NCBI GenBank assembly: GCA_963849105.1 | Contig: CAWKGD010000001.1 | Span: 122,719-186,718, forward strand | Direction: 5' to 3' | Origin: an uncultured Acidimicrobiaceae bacterium | GTDB taxonomy: Bacteria > Actinomycetota > Acidimicrobiia > Acidimicrobiales > Bog-793 | Length of the DNA: 64,000 bases | Part shown: piece after piece, positions 51,979-61,823 of the stretch | Position numbering within the stretch: position 1 is the first letter of the stretch | How the letters are laid out: each line of letters opens with the position of its first letter | Program-made: the position numbers and the translations under genes | Notes under the pieces: model-generated | Seen by the model: only the letters and a program-made list of their open reading frames with translations | Databases searched by the model: none | Told to the model about the DNA's origin: nothing

Positions 51979-53515
51979 CCGGATCGTCAGCATCGGCCCG
52001 CACGGCGTCGAGCCGGAGGAGGTGATCGAGGTCGTGCGCGGGGAATGCGGCGTCGAGATCACCCCGGCGGCGCACCGTGCGATGGCGGCGTCCCGGGCGC
52101 ATATCGAGGAGATCGCCGCGCGGCCGAATCCCGTCTACGGCGTCTCCACCGGCTTCGGCGCGCTGGCGACCCTGCACATCCCCCCGGAGCGGCGAGGCGA
52201 GATGCAGGCGTCGCTGGTCCGGTCGCACGCCGCCGGGATCGGTCCCCGCGTCGAGACCGAGGTCGTCCGGGCGACGATGTTCCTCCGGCTACGGACGCTG
52301 TGCACCGGGATCACAGGCGTGCGTCCCGAGGTCGCGAATGCGCTCTGCGGGTTGTTGAACGCGCACGTCACGCCGGTGGTCTTCGAATACGGGTCGCTTG
52401 GTTGCAGTGGCGACCTGGCGCCACTCGCGCATATTGCGCTCGCGCTGATGGGCGAGGGTGATGTCGAGACGAAGGACGGCCGAACGGTCGCTGCCCGAGA
52501 AGCGCTCGACGCGAACGGGATCGCGCCGGTGGTGCTGGTGGAGAAGGAAGGGCTCGGGCTGATCAACGGAACCGACGGCATGCTCGCCGGTCTACTTCTC
52601 TGCGCCTACGACTTCCGCTACCTGTGCAAGATCGCCGACATCTCCGCCGCGATGAGCACCGAGGCGCTCTTGGCGACCGATGTCGCGTTCCGAGCGGATT
52701 TGGTGGGGCTGCGCCCCCAAGCCGGCCAAATCGCGAGCGCGCACAATCTCACGCGGCTGTTGACCGGCTCTGAGATCGTCGCTTCGCATCGCACGGGCGA
52801 TCCACGCGTCCAGGATGCGTACTCGATCCGCTGCGCGCCCCAAGTCGCTGGGGCGGCACGCGAGACCCTCGCGCACGCCGACGCTGTTATCGAGGTGGAG
52901 CTGCAGTCGAGGATCGACAATCCGGTCGTATTGGAGGACGGGGAGGTCGTCTCGAACGGCAACTTCCACGGCGCGCCGCTCGGGTATGCAGCGGACTTCC
53001 TCGCCATCGCCGCCGCGGATCTCGCCTCGATTGCCGAGCGTCGGACGGACCGGATGATGGACCATTCGCGCTCGATGGGCCTGCCGCCGTTCCTCGCCGG
53101 TGAGCCCGGCGTCGACTCGGGTCTGATGATCGCCCATTACACGCAGGCATCGATCGTGGCCGAGCTGAAGCGTCTCGCCGTACCCGCGAGCGTCGACTCG
53201 ATCCCGACCTCGGCGATGCAAGAGGACCACGTCTCGATGGGGTGGGCCGCGACGCGCAAGCTCGCCCGCGTCATCGTCAACCTGCGACGGGTGCTGGCGA
53301 TCGAGATCACCGCCGCTGCCCGGGCCCTCGAGTTGCGGGTGCCGTTGGCGCCGGCGCCGGCGACGGGGGCGGTGGTTGAGCTCGTGCGCCAGGCGGTCGG
53401 GCCCGCCGGGCAGCCCGACCGCTTCGTCGCCCCCGAGCTTGCGGCCGTCGAGGTGCTCGTGAAGGACGGGGTGCTCCTTGACGCCGCGCAATCCGCCGTC
53501 GGCACCCTGAAGTAG
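51971..53515 (+). CDS. hutH: Histidine ammonia-lyase
   Basis: [18 protein letters not shown] (MIO), [13 protein letters not shown] and QEDHVSM motifs. Confidence 0.95.
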   Translation: MADRIVSIGPHGVEPEEVIEVVRGECGVEITPAAHRAMAASRAHIEEIAARPNPVYGVSTGFGALATLHIPPERRGEMQASLVRSHAAGIGPRVETEVVRATMFLRLRTLCTGITGVRPEVANALCGLLNAHVTPVVFEYGSLGCSGDLAPLAHIALALMGEGDVETKDGRTVAAREALDANGIAPVVLVEKEGLGLINGTDGMLAGLLLCAYDFRYLCKIADISAAMSTEALLATDVAFRADLVGLRPQAGQIASAHNLTRLLTGSEIVASHRTGDPRVQDAYSIRCAPQVAGAARETLAHADAVIEVELQSRIDNPVVLEDGEVVSNGNFHGAPLGYAADFLAIAAADLASIAERRTDRMMDHSRSMGLPPFLAGEPGVDSGLMIAHYTQASIVAELKRLAVPASVDSIPTSAMQEDHVSMGWAATRKLARVIVNLRRVLAIEITAAARALELRVPLAPAPATGAVVELVRQAVGPAGQPDRFVAPELAAVEVLVKDGVLLDAAQSAVGTLK

Positions 53516-53536
53516 CGCCCCCGTCGCGGCCAGGTT

Positions 53537-53567
53537 TCTCAGCGGGTTCCCAGCGGCCGATCAGCGG
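53537..53567 (+). promoter_or_regulatory. OmpR-family (PhoP/MprA-like) direct-repeat operator
   Basis: TCTCAGC-N4-TCCCAGC-N4-GATCAGC; CAGCGG at 53540, 53551 and 53562 (11-bp period). Confidence 0.7.
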
Positions 53568-53612
53568 ACGTGGCCATCGCCACGGGATCATGGTCGCCGC
53601 ACGGGAGGTCTC

Positions 53613-54308
53613 ATGGCAAAAGGCGAACGTCTCGGCCGGGTGCTCGTCGTCGACGACGAACCATCGATTGTCGACTCCGTGGCGACGGTGCTGCGCTACG
53701 AAGGTTTCGACGTCGATGTCGCCCACACGGGACGCTCCGCGCTCTCGAAGTCCCAGGAGGACCGTTACGACCTTGTCGTGCTCGACGTGATGCTGCCCGA
53801 TCTCGACGGACTCGAAGTCACGCGGCGCCTCCGTCAGGACGGCGTCGACATCCCGGTGTTGTTCCTGACGGCGAAGGCCGACGTCGAAGACCGCGTCGCC
53901 GGGTTGTCGATCGGTGGCGACGACTACGTCACGAAACCGTTCTCCCTGATCGAGATCGTCGCCCGCGCGAAGGCGATCCTCCGTCGTCGCAAGTCGGACG
54001 ACGACGATCGGACGCTGCGTTTTTCCGATCTCGAGATGGACGAAGAGAGCCATGAGGTCTGGCGGGGCGGCAAGTCGGTGCACCTCACGGCGACCGAGTT
54101 CAACCTTTTGCGACTCTTCCTGTTGAATCCGCGTCGCGTGCTCTCGAAGGATCAGATCATCGACCATGTCTGGCACTACGACTTCGGTGGGAATCAGAAC
54201 ATTGTCGAAACCTACGTGCGGTACCTGCGCAAGAAGCTCGACGCGCTGGGCCCGCCGCTCATCCACACGATCCGCCTCGTCGGATACGTGATGCGCGAGC
54301 AGGAGTGA
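53613..54308 (+). CDS. OmpR-family response regulator (PhoP/TcrX-like)
   Basis: VVDDE, LDVMLP, FLTAK, DDYVTKPF and a winged helix. Confidence 0.95.
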   Translation: MAKGERLGRVLVVDDEPSIVDSVATVLRYEGFDVDVAHTGRSALSKSQEDRYDLVVLDVMLPDLDGLEVTRRLRQDGVDIPVLFLTAKADVEDRVAGLSIGGDDYVTKPFSLIEIVARAKAILRRRKSDDDDRTLRFSDLEMDEESHEVWRGGKSVHLTATEFNLLRLFLLNPRRVLSKDQIIDHVWHYDFGGNQNIVETYVRYLRKKLDALGPPLIHTIRLVGYVMREQE

Positions 54309-55843
54309 TTTCGCACTTTTCGCTGCGCGCCCGACTCACCTTTGTGGCCGTGGCGATCACACTCGTCGCACTCGTCGCCGCGGACTTCGTCGTCTACACC
54401 GAATTCCGGTCGTATCTGTTCGGGCGCGTCGACACGACGCTCGAGAACGCGCACCCCGCGCTCGAAGACGTCGCCGACGAGGCGAACGGATCGATGCCGG
54501 GCCACGGCCCGTCCGCTCCAAAGGACGATTCCTACGGAGATCCCGGAGGCGGGCCGGGCTTTGACTCGGGCTTCTGCCAGCTCGGCTCCTCGGTCGCGCC
54601 GGGGATGTTCGTCGAAGTTCGAACGCCCAAAGGACGGGTCGTCACCGGAGATGACGGCCGCGAATACTGCAAGGCGTTCGAGATCGGCGAGCAGGAGCTC
54701 TCGCAGCCAGAGATCCCGACGAAGATCACGGGCTTGCACCCGAGCTCGGAAAACCGCGCCGAGCTCGTCAGTTACTTCTCGGTACCGGCGCAGTCGGGCA
54801 ACGGCCCGTCGTACCGCGTCCGGGACTCAACCCTCGACAACGGCGACTACCTCGTGATCGCCGATCCCGTCGGTGACGTCGCGAACTCGATTGGCCGTCT
54901 CGTCCGCTTGGAGATCCTCGTCACCGCGGTCGCGTTCTTGTCGGCCCTCGTCATCAGCCTGGTGCTGATCCGTCTCGGGCTGCGCCCGCTGCGCGACGTC
55001 GAGCGGACCGCGGATGCGATCACCGGTGGTGATCTCGTTCACCGGGTGCCGAACCCGAACCCGAACACCGAGGTCGGACACGTCGCGGCGGCGCTCAACG
55101 TCATGCTCGATCGGATCGAGGTCGCCTTCGAGGATTTGAAGTCCTCAGAAGCGCGCCTTCGCCGCTTCGTCTCGGACGCTTCGCACGAACTGCGCACGCC
55201 AATCGCCGCGGTCTCCGCCTACGCCGAGTTGTATCGGCGTGGCGCTTCCGCCGAAAGCGAGGATCTCGCGCGCGTGCTGTCTGGCATCGAGCGGGAGTCC
55301 GAGCGTATGGCGCGACTCGTCGAGGACCTCCTCACCTTGGCGCGGCTCGACGAGCATGCGTCGCTCGCGCACGAACCGGTCGAGCTTGTCGGTCTCGCCC
55401 ACGAGGCGATCGAGACCGCCCGCACCGTCGGGCCCGAGTGGCCCGTCGATCTCGAAGCCAGTGGCCCAGTCGAGATCTCGGGTGATCGCGACGCGCTGCG
55501 CAGGGTTATCGATAACTTGCTCTCGAACCTCCGTTCTCACACCCCGCCACAAACCCACGCCACGCTCACGGTGTGCCACCAGGAAGGTGAAGCGATCGTC
55601 GAGCTCGCGGACGAAGGCCCGGGGATCAGCGAAGCCGACGCGCGCACGATCTTCGAACGCTTCGTGCGCGTCGATCCGTCGCGGACCCGCACAACCGGTG
55701 GTGCCGGGCTTGGTCTCGCGATCGTCTCCTCGGTGGCTCGCGCGCACGGTGGTCGAACGGAAGCCGCTCCGCGACCCGGTGGAGGGGCGATCTTCCGCGT
55801 GATCTTTCCGAGCATCGATAGCGAGCTCAGCGGTAGGGCCTAA
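54305..55843 (+). CDS. HAMP-domain sensor histidine kinase
   Basis: Two TM segments; DASHELRTP, DEGPG, FERF and GAGLGL motifs. Confidence 0.95.
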   Translation: MISHFSLRARLTFVAVAITLVALVAADFVVYTEFRSYLFGRVDTTLENAHPALEDVADEANGSMPGHGPSAPKDDSYGDPGGGPGFDSGFCQLGSSVAPGMFVEVRTPKGRVVTGDDGREYCKAFEIGEQELSQPEIPTKITGLHPSSENRAELVSYFSVPAQSGNGPSYRVRDSTLDNGDYLVIADPVGDVANSIGRLVRLEILVTAVAFLSALVISLVLIRLGLRPLRDVERTADAITGGDLVHRVPNPNPNTEVGHVAAALNVMLDRIEVAFEDLKSSEARLRRFVSDASHELRTPIAAVSAYAELYRRGASAESEDLARVLSGIERESERMARLVEDLLTLARLDEHASLAHEPVELVGLAHEAIETARTVGPEWPVDLEASGPVEISGDRDALRRVIDNLLSNLRSHTPPQTHATLTVCHQEGEAIVELADEGPGISEADARTIFERFVRVDPSRTRTTGGAGLGLAIVSSVARAHGGRTEAAPRPGGGAIFRVIFPSIDSELSGRA

Positions 55844-55894
55844 TACCTCCGTGCGTTGCGCCTATGCACGCGCGCAGTGCGTAGTCTGAGCTTG

Positions 55895-56674
55895 ATGCCC
55901 GTCACCGCCGATGACGCCGTCGAAGCAACCCTTACGGATAGCTCCCGTTTCGCCGCCGCGCATCCCGAAGCGTGGATGCGGCGAGAAAAGGGCATCGCGG
56001 TCGGTTACACGGGCATTCCCGTCGCGATGTTCAACGGCATCATCGTGGAGCGCGCCGATGCAGACCTCGATGTCGCGTCGCAGATGCTCGACGAGATTGC
56101 TGCGACTGGTCTTCCCTACAGCGTCGCCGTACGCTCCCATGATCACGTCGCCTTTGTCGAGCTCGCGAGGTCGCACGGCCTGACCGCGAAGATGACGATT
56201 CCCCTCATGGTGCTCGAGTCACCAGCACGCATCATCGAGGAATCGCTGCCCGACGGACTGTCGGTCCGCGAGCTGGCGCCAGAAGAGGCCGACGAGCACG
56301 CCCAGCTCCTGGCATCGACATTCGAAATGCCGATCGAGCTCGCGAGACAGATGATGGTCGAGGAGACGTTCCGGATCGAAGGCGTGCGCAGCTACGTCGG
56401 TGAATTCGGTGGCCGTCCGGTCGCGACCGCGCTCGGGATGACGTTCGGAGATGCCGTCGGGATTCTCAACGTCGGAACCATCGAGGCGGCACGCGGCCGC
56501 GGGTTCGGTCGCGCGCTGACGGTCCGTGCGATCAGGGATGGCGTCGCGAACGGGGCGAAGTGGTCGCACCTGCAAGCGAGCTCGGCGGGCTTTTCCGTCT
56601 ACCGCCGCCTCGGCTTCGAAACGGTCGAGGAATGGAGCAACTACCTTCCCGCCACGGCTGCCAGCAGCTCCTGA
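55895..56674 (+). CDS. GNAT acetyltransferase
   Basis: RGRGFG motif A and YRRLGF. Confidence 0.88.
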   Translation: MPVTADDAVEATLTDSSRFAAAHPEAWMRREKGIAVGYTGIPVAMFNGIIVERADADLDVASQMLDEIAATGLPYSVAVRSHDHVAFVELARSHGLTAKMTIPLMVLESPARIIEESLPDGLSVRELAPEEADEHAQLLASTFEMPIELARQMMVEETFRIEGVRSYVGEFGGRPVATALGMTFGDAVGILNVGTIEAARGRGFGRALTVRAIRDGVANGAKWSHLQASSAGFSVYRRLGFETVEEWSNYLPATAASSS

Positions 56675-56713
56675 GGACCCGCGTCCTTGGCGCTCGGCGA
56701 GCGGCGGGAGTCA

Positions 56714-57331
56714 CTACGTGCCGAAGAGGCGGTCACCGAAGTCGCCGAGTCCAGGGACGATGTAGGCGTGATCGTTGAGACCGTCGTCGAGCGCCACGGT
56801 GAAAACGTTGAGTGTCGGGTGCGCTTTCGCGAGGTGATCGACTCCCTCCGGCGCCGCGACAACCGATAACAGCGAGACCTGTCCCGCCCCGGCGTCGAAG
56901 AGCGCACCTGCCGCCGCGGCGGCGGATCCTCCGGTCGCGAGCATCGGGTCGAGGAGCAGGACGGCGCGTGCTTCGATCGGCGGAAGCTTCGAGTAGTAGA
57001 GCGACGGCTCAAAAGTCGCGTGATCGCGCTCGAGTCCGATGTAGCCGACGGGAATCTCGGGGAACAGCTCGGTCACCGCTTCGAGCATGCCGAGGCCGGC
57101 GCGCAGGATCGGCACGGCGACGAGGCCCTGCGCGATGTGCTCGCCGGTCGCTTTGGCGATCGGCGTCTCGACCTCGATCGACTCCGTCGGCACCGACCGC
57201 GTCGCCTCGAGGCACAGCACGAGCGCGAGACGCTTCGCGAGGATCCGGAAGAGTGGTGGGGGTGTTCGCTTGTCGCGCAACGCGGCGAGCAGCGTCTTCG
57301 CGAGCGGGTGGTCGACGACGGTGAGCGCCAC
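56714..57331 (-). CDS. upp: Uracil phosphoribosyltransferase
   Basis: PILRAG, LDPMLATGGS and YIVPGLGD-x-GDR motifs. Confidence 0.95.
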   Translation of the reverse strand: MALTVVDHPLAKTLLAALRDKRTPPPLFRILAKRLALVLCLEATRSVPTESIEVETPIAKATGEHIAQGLVAVPILRAGLGMLEAVTELFPEIPVGYIGLERDHATFEPSLYYSKLPPIEARAVLLLDPMLATGGSAAAAAGALFDAGAGQVSLLSVVAAPEGVDHLAKAHPTLNVFTVALDDGLNDHAYIVPGLGDFGDRLFGT

Positions 57332-57359
57332 CAGTCCCCCTTTTCCTCAGTCGGTGCTG

Positions 57360-58229
57360 TCAGACGCCGATCGGGTGCCAGACGGTCTTCGTCTCGATGA
57401 AAGAGAGCATGCGCCGCGGATTCGGCGGCGCCGTCCAGTCGACCTCGCCATCCGGCGGCCGAAGCACGCGCTTCACGTTCGTCGCCGCCTGTCGTTCGAG
57501 TTCCGCGGCGAGCTCGGGCGGCGCGCCGGCGAGGTCGAGCGCGTCGACGTCGCGGTGTTGGGCGATCACCGGCGCGAGCTCGGCGACGTGACCGGTGACG
57601 ATGTTGACAACGCCGCCCGGCAGGTCCGACGTCGCGAGCACCTCGGCGAGCGTCACCGCAGGCAATGGACGAGCGTCACTCGCGACGACGACCGACGTGT
57701 TGCCGGTCGTGATCACCGGGGCAAGGGTGGCGACGAGACCGAGGAACGACGAGTCCTGCGGGGCCAAGACGCCGACGACCCCGGTCGGTTCGGGGACCGA
57801 GAAGTCGAAGTACGGGCCGGCGACGGGATTCGACGAACCGGCGATCTGGGCGACCTTGTCCGACCAGCCGGCGTACCAGATGATGCGGTCGATCGCCTCG
57901 TCGACGATCGACCGTGCGTCCCCCTTGTCGAGACCTTCGCCCTCGCGCACCGCCGAGACGAACTGGGCGCGCCGGTCCTCGAGCATTTCGCCGACGCGGT
58001 AGAGGATCTGGCCGCGCAAATACGCCGTCGCCGCCGACCAGCCGCCGAGCGCGCCGCGCGCCGCGACGACCGCGTCGCGAATGTCTTTTCGCGACCCCCA
58101 GGCGACATTGGCGAGGAAGCCGCCGTCGGCGGCGTGGACGATGTAGGAGCGCCCCGACTCAGAACGCGGGAACGCGCCGCCGATGTAGAGCTTGTACGTC
58201 TTGTTGACCGCGACGCGAGCTTCAGACAT
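57360..58229 (-). CDS. Short aldehyde dehydrogenase-like protein lacking the catalytic domain
   Basis: KLYIGGAFPRSE, YAGWSDK, EPTGVVG and KTVWHP; no ELGG or catalytic Cys. Confidence 0.85.
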   Translation of the reverse strand: MSEARVAVNKTYKLYIGGAFPRSESGRSYIVHAADGGFLANVAWGSRKDIRDAVVAARGALGGWSAATAYLRGQILYRVGEMLEDRRAQFVSAVREGEGLDKGDARSIVDEAIDRIIWYAGWSDKVAQIAGSSNPVAGPYFDFSVPEPTGVVGVLAPQDSSFLGLVATLAPVITTGNTSVVVASDARPLPAVTLAEVLATSDLPGGVVNIVTGHVAELAPVIAQHRDVDALDLAGAPPELAAELERQAATNVKRVLRPPDGEVDWTAPPNPRRMLSFIETKTVWHPIGV

Positions 58230-59712
58230 CGAGGTACGCCCCGAGGCCGTGGCGGCCACCCTCGCGGCCGAAGCCCGACTCGCGGTAGCCGCCGAAGGGG
58301 CTCGTCGGATCGAAGCGGTTGTAGGTGTTCGCCCAGACGACCCCGGCGCGCAGCTGGCTCGCCATCCAGAGAATCCGGCTGCCCTTTTCGGTCCACACCC
58401 CGGCCGAGAGCCCGTAGGTCGTGTTGTTCGCCTTCTTCACCGCTTCTTCGGGGGTGCGGAACGTGAGCACGGAGAGCACCGGTCCGAAGATCTCGTCTCG
58501 GGCGATGCGGTGCGCCTGGGAGACCCCGGTGAAGACGGTCGGTGGGAACCAATAGCCCCGCTGGGGCAGCGTGCACGGCGGCGACCAGCGCTCGGCGCCC
58601 TCGGACTCGCCGATCGCCGAGAGCTCGCGAATTTTTTGCAACTGCTCGGCTGAGTTGATCGCCCCGATGTCGGTGTTCTTGTCGAGCGGGTCGCCGAGGC
58701 GCAGCGTGCCGAGGCGCGTCTTCAACAGCTCGACAACCGCGTCGGCGACCGACTCTTGGACCAAAAGGCGCGACCCGGCGCAGCAGACGTGTCCCTGGTT
58801 GAAGAAGATGCCGTTGACGATGCCTTCGATCGCCTGGGTGATCGGCGCGTCCTCAAAGACGACGTTCGCCGCCTTGCCGCCGAGTTCCAACGTGAGGCGC
58901 TTGTGCGTCCCGGCAACGGCTCGCTGGATCGCCTTTCCGACTTCGGTCGAACCGGTGAAGGCGACCTTGTCGACACCGCGGTGCGCGACGACGCCGGCAC
59001 CGGTGTCGCCCGCCCCCGTGACGATGTTGAGGACACCCGGGGGGAGATCGGCCTGGTTGCAGATCTCGGCGAGTAAAAGAGCGCTGAGCGGCGTCGTCTC
59101 GGCCGGCTTCAGCACGCAGGTGTTGCCCGCCGCAAGCGCCGGCGCGAGCTTCCAGGCCGCCATCAACAATGGGAAGTTCCAGGGGATGACCTGGCCCGCA
59201 ACCCCGATCGGCTTCGGGTTGGGTCCGAACCCGGCGTACTCGAGCTTGTCGGCCCAGCCCGCGTAGTAAAAGAAGTGGGCCGCGGCGAGCGGCACGTCGA
59301 CGTCGCGGGATTCACGGATCGGCTTGCCGTTGTCGAGGCTCTCCAGGACGGCGAGCTCGCGTGAGCGCTCCTGGATGATGCGGGCGATGCGGTAGAGGTA
59401 CTTCGCCCGGTCGGCGGGGCGCATCGGGCCCCATACCTCCTCGTAGGCGCGGCGTGCGGCGGCAACCGCGCGGTCGATGTCCTGCGGTCCGGCGGCGGAG
59501 ACCTCGGCGAGAACTTCTTCAGAAGCCGGATTGACCGTTTTGAAGGCGCCGCCGTCGATCGGCTCGACGAACTCGCCGTTGATGAAAAGCCCGTAGGAGT
59601 TCTGGATGTTGACGATGGCCCGCGACTCGGGGGCGGGTGCGTACTCGAACTGGGGGCGGTCGACGACCTCGGCCGAGGTGGGCACGGGGTGGTCACTCGA
59701 TGCTGAAGTCAT
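58222..59712 (-). CDS. Aldehyde dehydrogenase
   Basis: PWNFP, KPAE, FTGS, LELGGK, GHVCCAG and EIFGP motifs. Confidence 0.94.
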   Translation of the reverse strand: MTSASSDHPVPTSAEVVDRPQFEYAPAPESRAIVNIQNSYGLFINGEFVEPIDGGAFKTVNPASEEVLAEVSAAGPQDIDRAVAAARRAYEEVWGPMRPADRAKYLYRIARIIQERSRELAVLESLDNGKPIRESRDVDVPLAAAHFFYYAGWADKLEYAGFGPNPKPIGVAGQVIPWNFPLLMAAWKLAPALAAGNTCVLKPAETTPLSALLLAEICNQADLPPGVLNIVTGAGDTGAGVVAHRGVDKVAFTGSTEVGKAIQRAVAGTHKRLTLELGGKAANVVFEDAPITQAIEGIVNGIFFNQGHVCCAGSRLLVQESVADAVVELLKTRLGTLRLGDPLDKNTDIGAINSAEQLQKIRELSAIGESEGAERWSPPCTLPQRGYWFPPTVFTGVSQAHRIARDEIFGPVLSVLTFRTPEEAVKKANNTTYGLSAGVWTEKGSRILWMASQLRAGVVWANTYNRFDPTSPFGGYRESGFGREGGRHGLGAYLDV

Positions 59713-60670
59713 CGGTCCCCGCGTAGGCGCCGGTGAGCTGCTTGCGCCGCTGCATCAACAGATCGTTCAACAGGCTCGACGCGCCGATACGGAAATGCGC
59801 GGCGTCGAGCCAGTCTGAGCCCGCCGTCTCGTTGACGACGACGAGGTATCGGATCGCGTCCTTCGCACTGCGAATCCCACCGGCGACCTTCACGCCGATT
59901 TGGATGCCGGTCATCTGCGCGAAGTCGCGCACGGCCTCCAGCATGACGAGCGCGACCGGCAACGTCGCGGCCGGCACCACCTTGCCCGTCGAGGTCTTGA
60001 TGAAGTCCGCACCCCCCAACATCGCGATCCACGAGGCCCGGCGCACGTTGTCGTAAGTGGCGAGCTCGCCGGTCTCGAGGATCACCTTCAGATGAATCGG
60101 TCCGCAGGTCTCCTTCACCGCGCGCACCTCCTCGAGCACCTGCGCGTAGCGACCGGTCAGAAAGGCGCCGCGATCGATGACCATGTCGACCTCGTCGGCT
60201 CCGGCTTCGATCGCGTCCTTCACGTCGGCAAGCTTCACGGCGAGCGACGCGCGCCCCGAGGGAAAGGCCGTCGCGACCGCGGCGACTTTGACCTGCGAGC
60301 CGACGAGCGAGTGTTTCGCCCCTGCGACGAGGTCGGAATAGACGCAGATCGCGGCGACCGGTGGGACAGACGGGTCCGAGGGGTCGGGCTGGCGGGCCTT
60401 GTCGCACAGCGAGAGCACCTTGCCCGGAGTGTCGGCGCCCTCGAGGGTCGTCAGGTCGACCATCGAGATCGCCCGTTCGAGCGCCCAAATCTTCGAGCCC
60501 GCCTTGATCGAGCGGGTCGACAACGAGTCGACGCGGGCTTCCGCACCGACCTGGTCCACGCCGGGCAGCCCCTGCAGGTAGCGGCGGAGGGCCGCCTCCG
60601 AGCGGACGACGTCGGCGAGGCGGCTGTCGATGAGCGTTCGCGACGGGCGCGTCGTCATGGAGCGGTTCAT
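59693..60670 (-). CDS. deoC: Deoxyribose-phosphate aldolase
   Basis: DLTTL, KVILETGEL, FIKTSTG, GVK-x-AGGI and RIGAS motifs. Confidence 0.94.
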   Translation of the reverse strand: MNRSMTTRPSRTLIDSRLADVVRSEAALRRYLQGLPGVDQVGAEARVDSLSTRSIKAGSKIWALERAISMVDLTTLEGADTPGKVLSLCDKARQPDPSDPSVPPVAAICVYSDLVAGAKHSLVGSQVKVAAVATAFPSGRASLAVKLADVKDAIEAGADEVDMVIDRGAFLTGRYAQVLEEVRAVKETCGPIHLKVILETGELATYDNVRRASWIAMLGGADFIKTSTGKVVPAATLPVALVMLEAVRDFAQMTGIQIGVKVAGGIRSAKDAIRYLVVVNETAGSDWLDAAHFRIGASSLLNDLLMQRRKQLTGAYAGTDDFSIE

Positions 60671-60831
60671 CTCGGACTCCCGCTCACCTGTGCGTTCGGC
60701 GGCGGGGAAGGTGCTCGTCACGGCGTGGCCGGTTCCTCTCCGCATCACCGCACCGGGCGTGCGGCCGCGTTCATCCTACTGACAGGGCCAAAATTGGCTC
60801 CGGGCGTCACGGCAGCCGGTAAAAAGCGGGG

Positions 60832-61689
60832 GTGAGGAATCCGTGGCTCGAGCGCCGGGTGATCGCCTATGCCCACCAGGGCGGGGAGTCCGAGGCACCG
60901 TCGTCGACGCTCTACGCGATCGACCGCGCCCTCGGCTTCGGCGCGACCGGCATCGAGCTCGACGTCCACGCGACGAAAGACGGTGAGCTCGTCGTCTGCC
61001 ACGATCCGACGGTCGACCGGACGACGGACGGGATCGGCACGATCGCAGAGTTGACGCTCGCCGAGCTCCGCCAACTCGACAACGCGTACTGGTTCGTTCC
61101 CGGCGAAAAAGCCGTCCACGACCGTGCGGCGGCTGACTACCCCTTGCGCGGCCGCGCCCCGGCTGACCGGCGATTCGGAGTGGCGACGCTTTCTGAGGTG
61201 CTCGCGCTCATGGCGGACTGCGCGCTCAACCTCGACATCAAACAGACGGCGCCGGCGATCGTGCCGTACGAAGAGGCGCTGGCCGCGGTGCTGAAGGACT
61301 ACGCCCGGCCCGATCTCGTCATCGTCGCCTCGTTCCACGATGCGGCGACGGCGCGATTCAAAGCGCTCGCCCCCGGGATCGGGACGTCACCGGGACAGAA
61401 CGAGGTGACGTCCTTCATCCAATCGGTCGTCAGAGGAGAGGATCCGGATGCGGCGATCGCCAGGCACGTGGCGATCCAGGTTCCGCCGCGAGCCTTCGGC
61501 ATCGAGCTCGTCACCGAATCCTTCGTCGCGATCGCCCACGAGCACGGCCTTGCGGTCCATGTCTGGACGATCGACGATCCAGAAGAGATCAGGGAGCTTT
61601 GTCGACTCGGCGTCGACGCCGTGATGTCGGATCGCCCGTCTGTGCTCGTGCAGACGCTCGCCGAGCTCGATTGTGCGTGGAGGCGATGA
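60832..61689 (+). CDS. Glycerophosphodiester phosphodiesterase
   Basis: AHQGG, IELDV, HD-x-TVDRTT, HVWTID and MSD motifs. Confidence 0.92.
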   Translation: MRNPWLERRVIAYAHQGGESEAPSSTLYAIDRALGFGATGIELDVHATKDGELVVCHDPTVDRTTDGIGTIAELTLAELRQLDNAYWFVPGEKAVHDRAAADYPLRGRAPADRRFGVATLSEVLALMADCALNLDIKQTAPAIVPYEEALAAVLKDYARPDLVIVASFHDAATARFKALAPGIGTSPGQNEVTSFIQSVVRGEDPDAAIARHVAIQVPPRAFGIELVTESFVAIAHEHGLAVHVWTIDDPEEIRELCRLGVDAVMSDRPSVLVQTLAELDCAWRR

Positions 61690-61697
61690 GCGAACGT

Positions 61698-61781
61698 TCA
61701 GCCGCGACCGCAGTTCGGCTTCTTGCCGTGATTGGCGTTCTTCTTCTTGCGCAGCTTGCGTTTGACGGTTCGCTTCGACAC
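61698..61781 (-). CDS. 50S ribosomal protein bL37 (27 aa)
   Basis: MSKRTVKRKLRKKKNANHGKKPNCGRG contains the ANHGK(K/R)PN signature; GTG start 8 nt after a TACACT -10. Confidence 0.85.
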   Translation of the reverse strand: MSKRTVKRKLRKKKNANHGKKPNCGRG

Positions 61782-61823
61782 GGCGGCGAAGTGTACCTGC
61801 GAGCCAGGTAGCCTCGAACCGAG

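Noticed and set aside
52395..52420. Cys-Ser-Gly instead of Ala-Ser-Gly at the HutH MIO site
   Set aside because: This is a known variant in actinobacterial histidases
55049..55067. CCGAAC x3 microrepeat in the kinase
   Set aside because: Short and in-frame (PNPNPN); no evidence of phase variation
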